NCBI GenBank assembly: GCA_020350825.1
Contig: CP070724.1
Coordinates: 1,185,602-1,249,601, forward strand
Origin: Thermoplasmatales archaeon
Lineage (GTDB): Archaea > Thermoplasmatota > E2 > DHVEG-1
Direction: 5' to 3'
DNA length: 64,000 nucleotides
Made by a program: the position numbers and the translations under genes
Notes under the pieces: generated by a model
Database searches by the model: none
What the model saw: the letters and a program-made list of their open reading frames with translations, nothing else
Told to the model about the DNA's origin: nothing
Part shown: piece after piece, positions 30,075-40,037 of the stretch
Layout: each line of letters begins with the position of its first letter
Position numbering within the stretch: the stretch's first letter is position 1

Positions 30075-30353
30075 ATGAAACTTAAAATAAAACTCCTCAA
30101 ACCATTTTCAGATACTGTTGGTAAAGGTGAGCTAGAATTGGATTTCGATGGCATAACTCTTAAGGATCTACTCAAAGTATTAGTACACAAATACCCCAGA
30201 CTGAAGAAAGAACTTTACACAAAGGCAGGCGAGCTAACAGATTATGTGAGCATGTTCGTGAATGATAAACCAATTTCTGCCTTAAAAGGGATAAACACTG
30301 AACTTGAAAATAATGATGAGCTTTTATTTTTTATCCCTATAAGTGGTGGATGA
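30075..30353 (+). CDS. MoaD/ThiS/SAMP ubiquitin-like sulfur carrier
   Basis: Beta-grasp size, C-terminal PISGG. Confidence 0.9.
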   Translation: MKLKIKLLKPFSDTVGKGELELDFDGITLKDLLKVLVHKYPRLKKELYTKAGELTDYVSMFVNDKPISALKGINTELENNDELLFFIPISGG

Positions 30354-30392
30354 ATATTTTTTGTAGTTGTTCTCATCTTTTTACTCAATACA

Positions 30393-31334
30393 TTAAAGCG
30401 AATTTATAATGCCTCTTTCATATAGGATAGTTGCATCCAATATTTCACCCTCGATAACCGAAAGGAAATCTAAGGTATGATCCAATATTTCCAACATGTC
30501 CTGTTTCTCTTGAGGGAGTATCCCGTAAACTCCTTTATAAACCACCGAATTGTTCACCCAGATATTATTGGTGAAATGATCAGAAGCAAGTTCACAATGA
30601 TTTACTTCAAGATTCTCTATCAATATTTTGACCTCTTTTAACTTTCCAATAGGAGATGTGGGTTTGTACTCACCTGAGTTTTTCTTTTCTTCTAGAAGTG
30701 AACCATGTTGGACCACCAATGTTCTGAGTCTGATAAAATCCGGATTCACTTCATTACATATCCTCGCGGACTCTATTGCATGTTCTTCCAACCTATCCTT
30801 TCCTCCTGCACCTATAAGAATATAGAAAGAAAGTTCCAGACCTGCACTCTTGGCCGCTTTGCCCCCAAATATCATCTCTTCGGGCGTGACGCCCTTCTGC
30901 AAGAATTCCAGAGTCTTTTTATCCCCTGATTCCAAGCCAACATGTACTCTGGTTAGACCTGCTTCTTTTATTTCCTTCAAACGTTCAGAGCCTAATTTCA
31001 TCAATGTCTTGGCCCTAGCATATGAGGTTATCCGATCACTGTCTGGAAAACGCAGTTTTATATGCTTAATTATATCTCCTATATTCTTCATGACTAGGCT
31101 GTCAGAATCAGCTATAAATACCGTCTTTGCCCCCTTGTATATCTCTGCTGCCTTATCTATGTCTCTTTTTATATCTTCTACTGACCGAAGTTTGAACTTA
31201 AGGTTTTTATACATTGTGCAAAACAAGCATTTATTCCATGGACAACCTCTGGAAGCTCGAATAAGAGCAGAACTCGCTTCATTAGGGGGTCTATAGGGTG
31301 GAAAGTCGTAATCAAATGTTCTATTATCAATCAT
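30393..31334 (-). CDS. Radical SAM protein of unknown function
   Basis: RPP.E, CPWNKCLFC (CX3-4CX2C-type), GLESG, SDH. Confidence 0.88.
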   Translation of the reverse strand: MIDNRTFDYDFPPYRPPNEASSALIRASRGCPWNKCLFCTMYKNLKFKLRSVEDIKRDIDKAAEIYKGAKTVFIADSDSLVMKNIGDIIKHIKLRFPDSDRITSYARAKTLMKLGSERLKEIKEAGLTRVHVGLESGDKKTLEFLQKGVTPEEMIFGGKAAKSAGLELSFYILIGAGGKDRLEEHAIESARICNEVNPDFIRLRTLVVQHGSLLEEKKNSGEYKPTSPIGKLKEVKILIENLEVNHCELASDHFTNNIWVNNSVVYKGVYGILPQEKQDMLEILDHTLDFLSVIEGEILDATILYERGIINSL

Positions 31335-31416
31335 AGCAATTATATACAGGGGGAATACAATTTTAATCTTTTGCTAATATTTATACAATTTATCCCAATT
31401 TAGACGGTGTCCACCC

Positions 31417-32199
31417 TTATTTTTCTATTTCTCTTGCAAATAACGCTGCCCCAAAAGCACCACTCAACTGTGGAGCTGGCGGAGTTAAAATTTCTTTTCC
31501 AATGGATTTTGCTAGTATTTTCAATATTGCATTATTATATGCTACTACACCACCAGTCATTACTATTGTACCTCCTAATGTGTCCATCTCGATGACACGC
31601 CTGGCTACAGATTCAAACGCACTTTTAACCATATCTTCTATTTTTTCCCCTTCTTTAATTCGTGTGAGGATTTCAGTGGATGCAAAAACTGTGCAAAAGC
31701 TACTTAGCGCAGCATCTTTGGATGATTTGGCTGCAAGTGCATTCATTTCACTCATTGGGATATTTAGTTTGTATGAAATTTCTTCAAGGAACGCACCAGT
31801 ACCAGCAGCACATTTTCTGTTCATCTTAAAACTCAATATTTTTCCTTGGGAATCAATCTTGATGATTTTTGTATCCTGACCCCCAATATCAATGATGGTA
31901 ATCTTTCTAGGAAAATATTGGTAGACGCCTTTTGCATGGCAACTAATTTCAGTTTTAACACTATCAGCAAAGGATACGTTTCTTCTCCCAAATCCTGTTG
32001 CTGTAATATGTTTTATCGCATGTTGAGACACATCCGCAGCATCAACAGCTCCTTTAAATGCAGTAGTAATCGACTTCTGAAGGTCTGCACCTGATCTATT
32101 AGTAAAAGATCCGGTAATTTTATTTTTCTCATCTATTATTACTGCTTTTATGTATGACGTTCCAACGTCAATACCTGTAAAATATCTATCTTTTACCAT
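31417..32199 (-). CDS. 2-hydroxyacyl-CoA dehydratase activator (HgdC/FldI-like ASKHA ATPase)
   Basis: GIDVGT, TGFGR, IDIGGQD.K, MN.KCAAGTG, CTVFA, GGVVAYN. Confidence 0.92.
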   Translation of the reverse strand: MVKDRYFTGIDVGTSYIKAVIIDEKNKITGSFTNRSGADLQKSITTAFKGAVDAADVSQHAIKHITATGFGRRNVSFADSVKTEISCHAKGVYQYFPRKITIIDIGGQDTKIIKIDSQGKILSFKMNRKCAAGTGAFLEEISYKLNIPMSEMNALAAKSSKDAALSSFCTVFASTEILTRIKEGEKIEDMVKSAFESVARRVIEMDTLGGTIVMTGGVVAYNNAILKILAKSIGKEILTPPAPQLSGAFGAALFAREIEK

Positions 32200-32469
32200 C
32201 TTTTCACCCTAAGTGCTTTAACGCCTTGTAAAGCAGAGAATTTATTAAATCTTTCTTCCGTATGCAAGGTAAAATAAATAGACAAATTTGGTTGTTAGTA
32301 TTGATTTTTATACCAAATATTAAAACAAAAAAAATAATAACTGTTACTTTTATTTCGGTTCGTTATCTATTGTGCTCTGCTACAATGATAAATAGACTAG
32401 ATCATCCTTCACTACTATACAATGGATGAATAAAATAATAGATAACAGAATTACAATACTGGGGGAGAT

Positions 32470-33720
32470 ATGATGGCTGAAGAGAAGAAACCAACTCGAA
32501 AGAAGATCATGGCAACTAAAGAGATGGGAAGGATAATGGCTGATTATTATTATGAATTAGATTCTGCTGTAAAAAACAAAGATAAAAAAGTGGCCTGGTG
32601 CTCTAGTGTAGGCCCAGCTGAGGTTCTACGAAGCATGGGTTTTTACGTTTACTTCCCAGAAAACCATAGTGCTATGTTAGGCTCCAAGAGATTGGCTACA
32701 GATTTGATTCCCTATGCCAATGCAATAGGCTATTCACCTGAAATCTGTTCATATCTAACTGCTGATATCGGTGCGTATTTGAAGAAATTCACACCACTTT
32801 CACAAGCATTTGAAAGGATTGAGAGCGTACCAAAACCTGATGTATTGGTTTTTAACACAAACCAATGTAGAGACGTTCAGGACTGGTTTGGATGGTTTGC
32901 TCATGAGTTTAAAGCTCCACTGATTGGTGTTCATACCCATAGAGGTGTTAAAGACGTTTCAAAGACACATGTAAAATCAATAGCAGCCCAGATGCAAGAG
33001 ATGATTGAGCCTTTAGAAAAGATCTCAGGCAACACATTTGATAAAAATGAGCTTAAAAAAACGTTATCACTCTCACGTGAGTGTTCTGACCTCTGGAAGA
33101 AAGTGCTAGATACAGCGGCTGCCATACCCTCTCCTTTGACATTCTTTGACGGGACCATACAAATGGGACCTGCAGTAGTCCTAAGAGGAACGCAACATGC
33201 GGTTGATTATTATAAGTTATTGCTTACAGAGTTGATAGAACGAGTCAAAAACCATGAAGGCGCAGTAGACGATGAGCGTTTCAGGCTTTATTGGGAGGGT
33301 ATGCCTATTTGGGGTAGATTAAGAGATCATTCTGAGTTATTTGCCGTTCAGAAGACATGCGTTGTTGCATCTACCTACTGCAACAGTTGGATATTCTCAG
33401 CTTTTGATGCTACAGATCCATTTATAAGTATGGCTAGAGCATACACTGAACTATTTATCGTAAGATCAGATGAGGCAAAAGAGAAATACTTGGAGAAGAT
33501 GATTGATTTCTTTAAAATTGACGGGATGATCTACCACGATGCTAAGACCTGCCCTAACAATTCTAATAGTCGTTATGGAATGCCACAACGGCTTGAGGAA
33601 GAAACTGGTGTACCAAGCCTAATTATTAATGGAGATTTGAATGATCTACGATGCCTCTCCGACGAACAGACCAAAACAAATATCGAGGCTTTTATAGAGC
33701 AACTTGAGGAGAAGAAGTGA
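32470..33720 (+). CDS. 2-hydroxyacyl-CoA dehydratase subunit (HgdA/FldB-like)
   Basis: YFPEN, EICSY, NQC, WEGMPIW, KTC, QTKTNIEAFIE. Confidence 0.88.
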   Translation: MMAEEKKPTRKKIMATKEMGRIMADYYYELDSAVKNKDKKVAWCSSVGPAEVLRSMGFYVYFPENHSAMLGSKRLATDLIPYANAIGYSPEICSYLTADIGAYLKKFTPLSQAFERIESVPKPDVLVFNTNQCRDVQDWFGWFAHEFKAPLIGVHTHRGVKDVSKTHVKSIAAQMQEMIEPLEKISGNTFDKNELKKTLSLSRECSDLWKKVLDTAAAIPSPLTFFDGTIQMGPAVVLRGTQHAVDYYKLLLTELIERVKNHEGAVDDERFRLYWEGMPIWGRLRDHSELFAVQKTCVVASTYCNSWIFSAFDATDPFISMARAYTELFIVRSDEAKEKYLEKMIDFFKIDGMIYHDAKTCPNNSNSRYGMPQRLEEETGVPSLIINGDLNDLRCLSDEQTKTNIEAFIEQLEEKK

Positions 33721-33721
33721 T

Positions 33722-35797
33722 ATGTTGGATGCGCTATATAAACCAAAATCAGTGGCAATTATTGGTGCATCTACAAAAGAACTTTCGATAGGTAATAGGA
33801 TAATTAAGAACCTTTTGGATTTTGGATTTAAAGGTTCTGTATATCCAATAAATCCAAAAGCAGATGAGGTTCGTGGTATTAGGGCCTATAATTCGATTCT
33901 GGATGTTTCAAGTGAGATAGATCTTGCTCATGTTATTATTCCAAATAAATTTGTTCCTCAAGCAGTTGAAGATTGTGGGAAAAAAGGAGTAAAGGTAGCC
34001 ATTATAAATTCTGCTGGCTTTAAAGAGATTGGTGGGGAAGGGATACTTCTGGAAGAGCAAGTTGTAAAGAAAGCCAAGGAATATAACGTTCGAGTTTTTG
34101 GACCTAACTGCCAAGGAATCATCAACACCAATCCTAACGTCAGAGCTTATTGCAACTTCACGTTTACAAAACCAGAAACAGGATGTATATCAATTATTGC
34201 TCAAAGTGGTGGTGTGGGGGAAGTTATCAACCAACGTTTCTCTGAACTTGATGTCGGAATACGAATGTATGCTTCTAATGGGAATGCTTGTGATATTTCA
34301 ATTCCAGAGATTATTAGATATTGGAGTGACGACGAACAAACGCGGGTAATTGTAGTTCATGTTGAAAACCTTTCCAATCCAAAAGAGTTTATGGAGGCTG
34401 CAAAGGAGACAGCAGTAAAGAAACCAATTCTTGGCATGAAAACAGGGCGAACGAAAGAAGGTGCAAAAGCCGTGTCTTCACATACCGGTGGCTTAGCTAA
34501 AATAGATATTGCTACAGAACTTATTTTTAAGAAATGTGGAATTGTTACTTTTAGAGACCAGGAGGAGTTATGTCAGGCTGCAGTAGCCTTTGCTAGTCAG
34601 CCCATTCCAAAGGGTAAAAGGGTAGGTATAATAACAAATACAGGTGGTCCCGCAATCATTGCTACAGATGAATTAGTGGAAGCAGGACTGGAGATACCAC
34701 AACTATCTAACAATGCAATAAAAATCCTTAAGGAGAAATTATATTCAGCAGCTTCAGTTAATAACCCTATTGATGTACTTGCAACTGGAGGAGGAGAACA
34801 TTTTAGAGCAGCATTGGATGTGCTCATGAACGAGCCACAGATTGATAGTATATTTATCAACTTTGTAACACCATTCTTTGTGGATACCGACATGATATCA
34901 CAGGAGATTGTCGAAGAAAATAAAGCCCACAAAAAACCGATTATCTGTAATCTTATGACTGATAAAAGACAGTGGACCAAAACTATAAACATATTGAAAA
35001 ATGGTGGTGTACCATGTTATAGTCTACCAGAAACCGCTGCACGTGCGCTTATTGCAATGACGCGCTATAATGATTTAAAAGCGCGTGAAATCGGTGAGGT
35101 TCAAATATTTAATGACGTTGATAGGGAGAAAGCAAGGAGAATAATTAAAGAATCAAAGAAAGAAGGGGGTGAGTTCCTCCCTGCAGAGAAAGTGAATAAC
35201 CTGCTTGCCGCATACAATATACCCATTGCAAAGTGGGGATTAGTAAATAATAGTAAAGAAGTTCTCAAAGAAGCACGTAAGATAGGATTCCCTGTTGTAG
35301 TTAAGGTAGATACCAAGAGTATTGTCCATAAAAGCGATGTTGGTGGTATTGCTCTAAATCTTGAGGAAAAAGAAGTGGAATCAACTGTTAAAGACATGGA
35401 GAGAAAATTCACTGCTGAAAAACCAAGCTTTTTTGTCCAAGAATTTTTATCTGGTGGTAAAGAACTCATTATAGGGGCGAAGGCTGAAAAAGATCTTGGA
35501 CATCTAATATTGTTTGGAATCGGAGGCATCTATGTTGAGATTCTTAAGGATGTAGCATTTGGCATCACACCTATCACAGCATTAGAAGCAAAGGAGATGC
35601 TTTCTTCTATCAAATCCTATTCGCTTCTATCTGGTTTTCGTGGTGAAAAGGGTGTCGATCAAGAAAAGCTTGTAGAGATTCTTCAACGTGTTTCCCAATT
35701 GGTCACTGAGCTACCTATGGTTCAAGAAATAGATCTGAATCCCATTATCGCATATGAGAATCGAGTTGTTGTTGTAGATGCCCGGATTAGAATCTAA
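33722..35797 (+). CDS. ADP-forming acyl-CoA synthetase (ACD), fused alpha/beta
   Basis: PKSVAIIGAS, GPNCQG, QSGG, SHTG phospho-His, NPID, HKSDVGG, DLNP, VDARI. Confidence 0.92.
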   Translation: MLDALYKPKSVAIIGASTKELSIGNRIIKNLLDFGFKGSVYPINPKADEVRGIRAYNSILDVSSEIDLAHVIIPNKFVPQAVEDCGKKGVKVAIINSAGFKEIGGEGILLEEQVVKKAKEYNVRVFGPNCQGIINTNPNVRAYCNFTFTKPETGCISIIAQSGGVGEVINQRFSELDVGIRMYASNGNACDISIPEIIRYWSDDEQTRVIVVHVENLSNPKEFMEAAKETAVKKPILGMKTGRTKEGAKAVSSHTGGLAKIDIATELIFKKCGIVTFRDQEELCQAAVAFASQPIPKGKRVGIITNTGGPAIIATDELVEAGLEIPQLSNNAIKILKEKLYSAASVNNPIDVLATGGGEHFRAALDVLMNEPQIDSIFINFVTPFFVDTDMISQEIVEENKAHKKPIICNLMTDKRQWTKTINILKNGGVPCYSLPETAARALIAMTRYNDLKAREIGEVQIFNDVDREKARRIIKESKKEGGEFLPAEKVNNLLAAYNIPIAKWGLVNNSKEVLKEARKIGFPVVVKVDTKSIVHKSDVGGIALNLEEKEVESTVKDMERKFTAEKPSFFVQEFLSGGKELIIGAKAEKDLGHLILFGIGGIYVEILKDVAFGITPITALEAKEMLSSIKSYSLLSGFRGEKGVDQEKLVEILQRVSQLVTELPMVQEIDLNPIIAYENRVVVVDARIRI

Positions 35798-35808
35798 GGA
35801 GAGTAGAT

Positions 35809-37359
35809 ATGACCTGCTGGTTGAACCTAGGTCAAATACTTAAAGTAAATGCAAAAAAGTTTCCGAACACCAAAGCTATTAAAGATAGAAAGAGAAGCTA
35901 TACTTACCCTGAGTTAAACAGACGAGTTAATAAGCTATCTCACAGCCTTCTTTCTCTTGGACTAAAAAAAGGGGACAAAGTTGCAGTCCTCCTCGAGAAC
36001 AGTATTGAGATTGTAGAGGTCTATCTAGCCACCGCAAAGACTGGACTTGTCGTCGTGCCAATAAATTTTCGTTTCGCAGGCAAGGATATCGAGTATATAA
36101 CAAATAACTCAGACGCTCAAGCATTCATAGTGCATGACGAGTTTACTCCTACAGTAGACTCAATAAAACTGAATCTAAAAAATATAGAGCCTGATAAATA
36201 TATTGTTGTTGGTAAGGAGATAGAAAGATACAAGGAGTATGAGGAATTTATACGAGGGTCTCCAGAGAGTGAGCCAAGGGCAATTGTAGAGCCAAAGGAT
36301 ATATGGATTCTGCTTTATACATCTGGTACTACTGGGAGACCAAAGGGGGTCGTACGTTCCCATGAATCATATATTTCGTTTTATCTTATTAATGCTGTTG
36401 ACTTTGGTTTTAACGAACATGATATATGCCTTAACGTCATGCCGTTATGCCATGTAAACTCCACCTTCTTTACCTTTACCTTTACATATATTGGTGGTTC
36501 TATTTATATTCATCCAGCACGACATTTCAGGGCTGATGAGATACTGGAGATCATAGAGAGAGAAAAGATTACATTTATATCTTTAATTCCAACACATTAC
36601 AATCTTATACTAAATGTACCAGATGAGGCAAAAAAACACGATATAAGCTCCATAAGAAAGCTATTATGTTCCTCGGCTCCGGTGAGGAAGAGTATGAAGA
36701 AGGCGATTATGGATTTTTTTCCTGACGTCGACCTCTATGAAGGATATGGTTCTACCGAGGCAGGTATAGTGACGGTGCTCAAGCCAGAGCATCAGCTTAG
36801 TAAACTTGGCTCTATAGGATTTGAATCTTTAGGTACAGATTTTATAAAGATATTGAATGACGATGGAGAAGAGGTAGGTGTAGGTGAGATTGGTGAACTC
36901 TACTCTCGCGGACCAATGATGTTTGAAAAATACCATAAAATGCCTGAGAAGACTGCTAGCTCGTTTAAGGAGGAATGGTTTAGTGCTGGTGATATGGCAA
37001 AGTATGACGAGGATGGATTTTATTATATAGTAGACAGAAAAGACAATATGATCATTACTGGCGGTGAACATTTATATCCTAGTGAGGCCGAGGAGGTTAT
37101 TGGTAGCCACCCTAGTGTCTTTGATGTTGCTGTTATCGGCTTACCAGATGACATGTGGGGCGAAAGGGTGACTGCTGTAATTGTACCAAAAGATAAGATC
37201 GATGAAAAAACTATCAAAGAGTACTGTACAGACAAGATGGCTAGATTCAAGATCCCAAAACAGGTTATATTTATCAAAGATGAAGAGATGCCTCGAACAA
37301 GTACTGGAAAAATCCTGCATCGTATACTTCGAGAGCGTTTTACTACCAAGGAGGTTTAA
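35809..37359 (+). CDS. AMP-forming acyl/aryl-CoA ligase
   Basis: YTSGTTGRPKG, YGSTE, GD...DR, GK. Confidence 0.92.
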   Translation: MTCWLNLGQILKVNAKKFPNTKAIKDRKRSYTYPELNRRVNKLSHSLLSLGLKKGDKVAVLLENSIEIVEVYLATAKTGLVVVPINFRFAGKDIEYITNNSDAQAFIVHDEFTPTVDSIKLNLKNIEPDKYIVVGKEIERYKEYEEFIRGSPESEPRAIVEPKDIWILLYTSGTTGRPKGVVRSHESYISFYLINAVDFGFNEHDICLNVMPLCHVNSTFFTFTFTYIGGSIYIHPARHFRADEILEIIEREKITFISLIPTHYNLILNVPDEAKKHDISSIRKLLCSSAPVRKSMKKAIMDFFPDVDLYEGYGSTEAGIVTVLKPEHQLSKLGSIGFESLGTDFIKILNDDGEEVGVGEIGELYSRGPMMFEKYHKMPEKTASSFKEEWFSAGDMAKYDEDGFYYIVDRKDNMIITGGEHLYPSEAEEVIGSHPSVFDVAVIGLPDDMWGERVTAVIVPKDKIDEKTIKEYCTDKMARFKIPKQVIFIKDEEMPRTSTGKILHRILRERFTTKEV

Positions 37360-37361
37360 GC

Positions 37362-38306
37362 ATGGATGAATATAATTTTGGAATTGTTGGTATAGGACCT
37401 ATTGGAAGTATCATGGCAACACACCTTGTAAAGGCGGGACATAATGTCACGTTGGTAGATATCCTCAAAGACCATCTGGATGAAATAAAGAAGAATGGGC
37501 TCATCCTTATTGGTTTCAAGGAGATGAAAGTTTCTTTTCCTGGTGAGAGCATCTGCTACTCCATAGATGAAATGCGTGGGAGAAATATAGATGTTGTCTT
37601 TATCTCTGTAAAAGCGTCTATTCTTCCTAAGGTTTTACCCATGTTGAAAAAAGTTACAATGCCAGGTACTACCTTTGTTAGCTTACAAAATGGATTAGAT
37701 GCAGAGGATTTTATTGCAGATTTCTTTGGAAAGGAGAATACCCTGAGGATTGTGGTAAACTATGCTGGAAGCATAATCGACAATGGAAAGGTGAAAATGT
37801 CGTTTTTTAATGCTCCGAACTATATTGGCATGATAGATCCTTCAGCTGAAGAAAAGGCTAAAAAACTGGCAGAGATCATCACATCAGCAGATCTGGAGAC
37901 TGCTTTCACTACGGAGATTAAGAAATATGAATGGGAGAAGACTATACTTAACACAGCCCTAAGCCCTGTCTGTGCTTTGACACGAAGGACAATGAAACAA
38001 ATGATGGAATTTGAGGAAACCAGAGATCTTGTAGAGGCAATATTGCGCGAGGGAATAGAAGTCGCTGAGGCAAACGATATCTACTTTGATTCAGGATTCT
38101 TGGAACACTGCATAGGTTATTTAAATAAGGCAGGTCATCATAAGACTTCGATGCATGTGGATATAGAAAGAGGGAGTCCAACAGAGATAGGTTTCATCAA
38201 TGGTAAGATTGTAAAGTATGGAAAGCTCAAGGGGATTCCAACACCTTATAATTCCACGATTGTCTCTCTTATCAGGGGATCTGAGCTTCCTGAATACAAG
38301 GCATGA
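37362..38306 (+). CDS. panE: Ketopantoate reductase (PanE/ApbA) family 2-oxoacid reductase
   Basis: GIGPIG, VK, LQNGL, WEK..LN, SM..D, TEI..ING. Confidence 0.8.
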   Translation: MDEYNFGIVGIGPIGSIMATHLVKAGHNVTLVDILKDHLDEIKKNGLILIGFKEMKVSFPGESICYSIDEMRGRNIDVVFISVKASILPKVLPMLKKVTMPGTTFVSLQNGLDAEDFIADFFGKENTLRIVVNYAGSIIDNGKVKMSFFNAPNYIGMIDPSAEEKAKKLAEIITSADLETAFTTEIKKYEWEKTILNTALSPVCALTRRTMKQMMEFEETRDLVEAILREGIEVAEANDIYFDSGFLEHCIGYLNKAGHHKTSMHVDIERGSPTEIGFINGKIVKYGKLKGIPTPYNSTIVSLIRGSELPEYKA

Positions 38307-38333
38307 AATGAATAGGTTAGGATAGGGATTTTA

Positions 38334-39569
38334 TTGCATTATGTAATAATTGGGAATGGCGGCGCGGGAATAAGTGCACTTCAAGCTATTCGTGAGGTTG
38401 ACAAAACATCTGATGTTACTATTATTTCACGTGAGCAGTATCCTGCTTACTCGCCATGTTCGCTTCCTAATTTAATTGCAGAGGAGGTGGACAAGCCTAC
38501 TATTTTTCGGTTTGATAAACAGTTTTATCATCGTCTTAATGCAAGATTTATGAAGAATACTGAGGCACTTGAAATAGATCCTAAAAATAAAGAAGTAATA
38601 TTTGCTAATGGAGATTGTGTCAAGTTTGACAAGTTGCTTGTTGCTGCAGGTGCAAAACCTATCACCCCAAGGGGAATCAAAGGATTAGAGCTTGATGGTG
38701 TACATGTTATGGGTACGCTGGATTCTGCTCTTGGGATTTTAGATCATATAAACCAAGGTACCAGTCGTGTAGTGGTAGTAGGTGGTGGTTTTATGGGTAT
38801 TGAAACTGCTACCATGTTGAAGAAGAGGGAGATAGAAGTCAGTATTGTTGAGATGCTTCCCAGGATTTTATCTAGGATGCTAGATCCTGACATTTCTGAT
38901 AAGGTTACAGAGATTCTAAAATACCATGATATTAAGCTTGTGTTGAATGATACTGTGGAGAGTATAAATGGTAAGAAAACGGTTACAGGTGTTTCTCTAG
39001 GTAAAAATAAGTTACGTTGTGATATGGTGGTATTGGCGATAGGTGTAACAGCAAATGTTGATATTGTAAAGGGTTCTGGTATAGAAGTTAATAAGGGAGT
39101 TATTGTTGATCCAAAGATGCAGACAAACAAAAAGAATATTTATGCCGCTGGTGACATTGTAGAGGTGCGAGAGCAGATTGAAGGTAAACGAGGATCATTT
39201 GCTATTTGGCCAAATGCAATAGAACAGGGACGGATCGCTGGTTTAAACATGACTGGCAGGCCTATTAAGTATGAAGGTGCAGAGGTTGTGAACGTTCTTG
39301 ATGTGTTTGATATACCAGTTGTAGCTATGGGTCGTACATCTCTGGAAATTGGCAAGTGTAAGATGATAACACGTTTTACTCCTCATGCTTCTAAGAAGAT
39401 TCTTTTGAAGAATAACAGGATTTTAGGACTTCAGTTTGTAGGTACTATACGGAATGCTGGTACTTTTTACAGTCTAATGAAAAAGGGATTAGATATCAGT
39501 AGTGTTGAGGAGAGGCTATTGGATGATAATCTTGTTATTACCCCCGATGTTATTCCCCCCCAAATATAA
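38334..39569 (+). CDS. FAD-dependent pyridine-nucleotide oxidoreductase (NirB/AorC-like)
   Basis: IIGNGGAG, YSPC, VVGGGFMG.E, YAAGD, QGRIAG.NM. Confidence 0.88.
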   Translation: MHYVIIGNGGAGISALQAIREVDKTSDVTIISREQYPAYSPCSLPNLIAEEVDKPTIFRFDKQFYHRLNARFMKNTEALEIDPKNKEVIFANGDCVKFDKLLVAAGAKPITPRGIKGLELDGVHVMGTLDSALGILDHINQGTSRVVVVGGGFMGIETATMLKKREIEVSIVEMLPRILSRMLDPDISDKVTEILKYHDIKLVLNDTVESINGKKTVTGVSLGKNKLRCDMVVLAIGVTANVDIVKGSGIEVNKGVIVDPKMQTNKKNIYAAGDIVEVREQIEGKRGSFAIWPNAIEQGRIAGLNMTGRPIKYEGAEVVNVLDVFDIPVVAMGRTSLEIGKCKMITRFTPHASKKILLKNNRILGLQFVGTIRNAGTFYSLMKKGLDISSVEERLLDDNLVITPDVIPPQI

Positions 39570-39578
39570 CTAATTGTT

Positions 39579-40037
39579 TTATTTCTTATTAATCTCTAAA
39601 AACTTTTCAGCCATTTTCTTACGTCGTTTTTCTAATTCCAATGTCTCCTCAAGGTATTGTATAGCTTCTGTAGAGCAGTATTTTACACACTTTGGGTCAC
39701 CATCGCACAGATCGCATTTGATGATCTCGTTATCTATGGTTGTTACGGCGTTGTACGGACAGAGAACTGCACAGAGTCTACAACCTACGCATCTATCTTC
39801 ATCTCTAATAACAATTCCATCTTTGATCTGGTATGCGTTTTGGTGACAGAACTTTAAACATACTGGATCTTCGCATTGAAAACAAACTATTGGAAACTCG
39901 TATCTGTTGAATTCATCCCTAACTATAGTGACGGCTCCTTTCTTTGGATTGCATTCTCCAAATTTGCTGAGTGAACAAGCAATGGAGCATTCCCTACATC
40001 CTGTACACTTCTCTGGGTAGACATAAAGATATTTCAT
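39579..40037 (-). CDS. 4Fe-4S dicluster protein (AOR electron-transfer subunit)
   Basis: CTGCRECSIAC, CFQC...C...C, CVGCRLCAVLCP, KCDLC...CVKYC. Confidence 0.92.
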   Translation of the reverse strand: MKYLYVYPEKCTGCRECSIACSLSKFGECNPKKGAVTIVRDEFNRYEFPIVCFQCEDPVCLKFCHQNAYQIKDGIVIRDEDRCVGCRLCAVLCPYNAVTTIDNEIIKCDLCDGDPKCVKYCSTEAIQYLEETLELEKRRKKMAEKFLEINKK

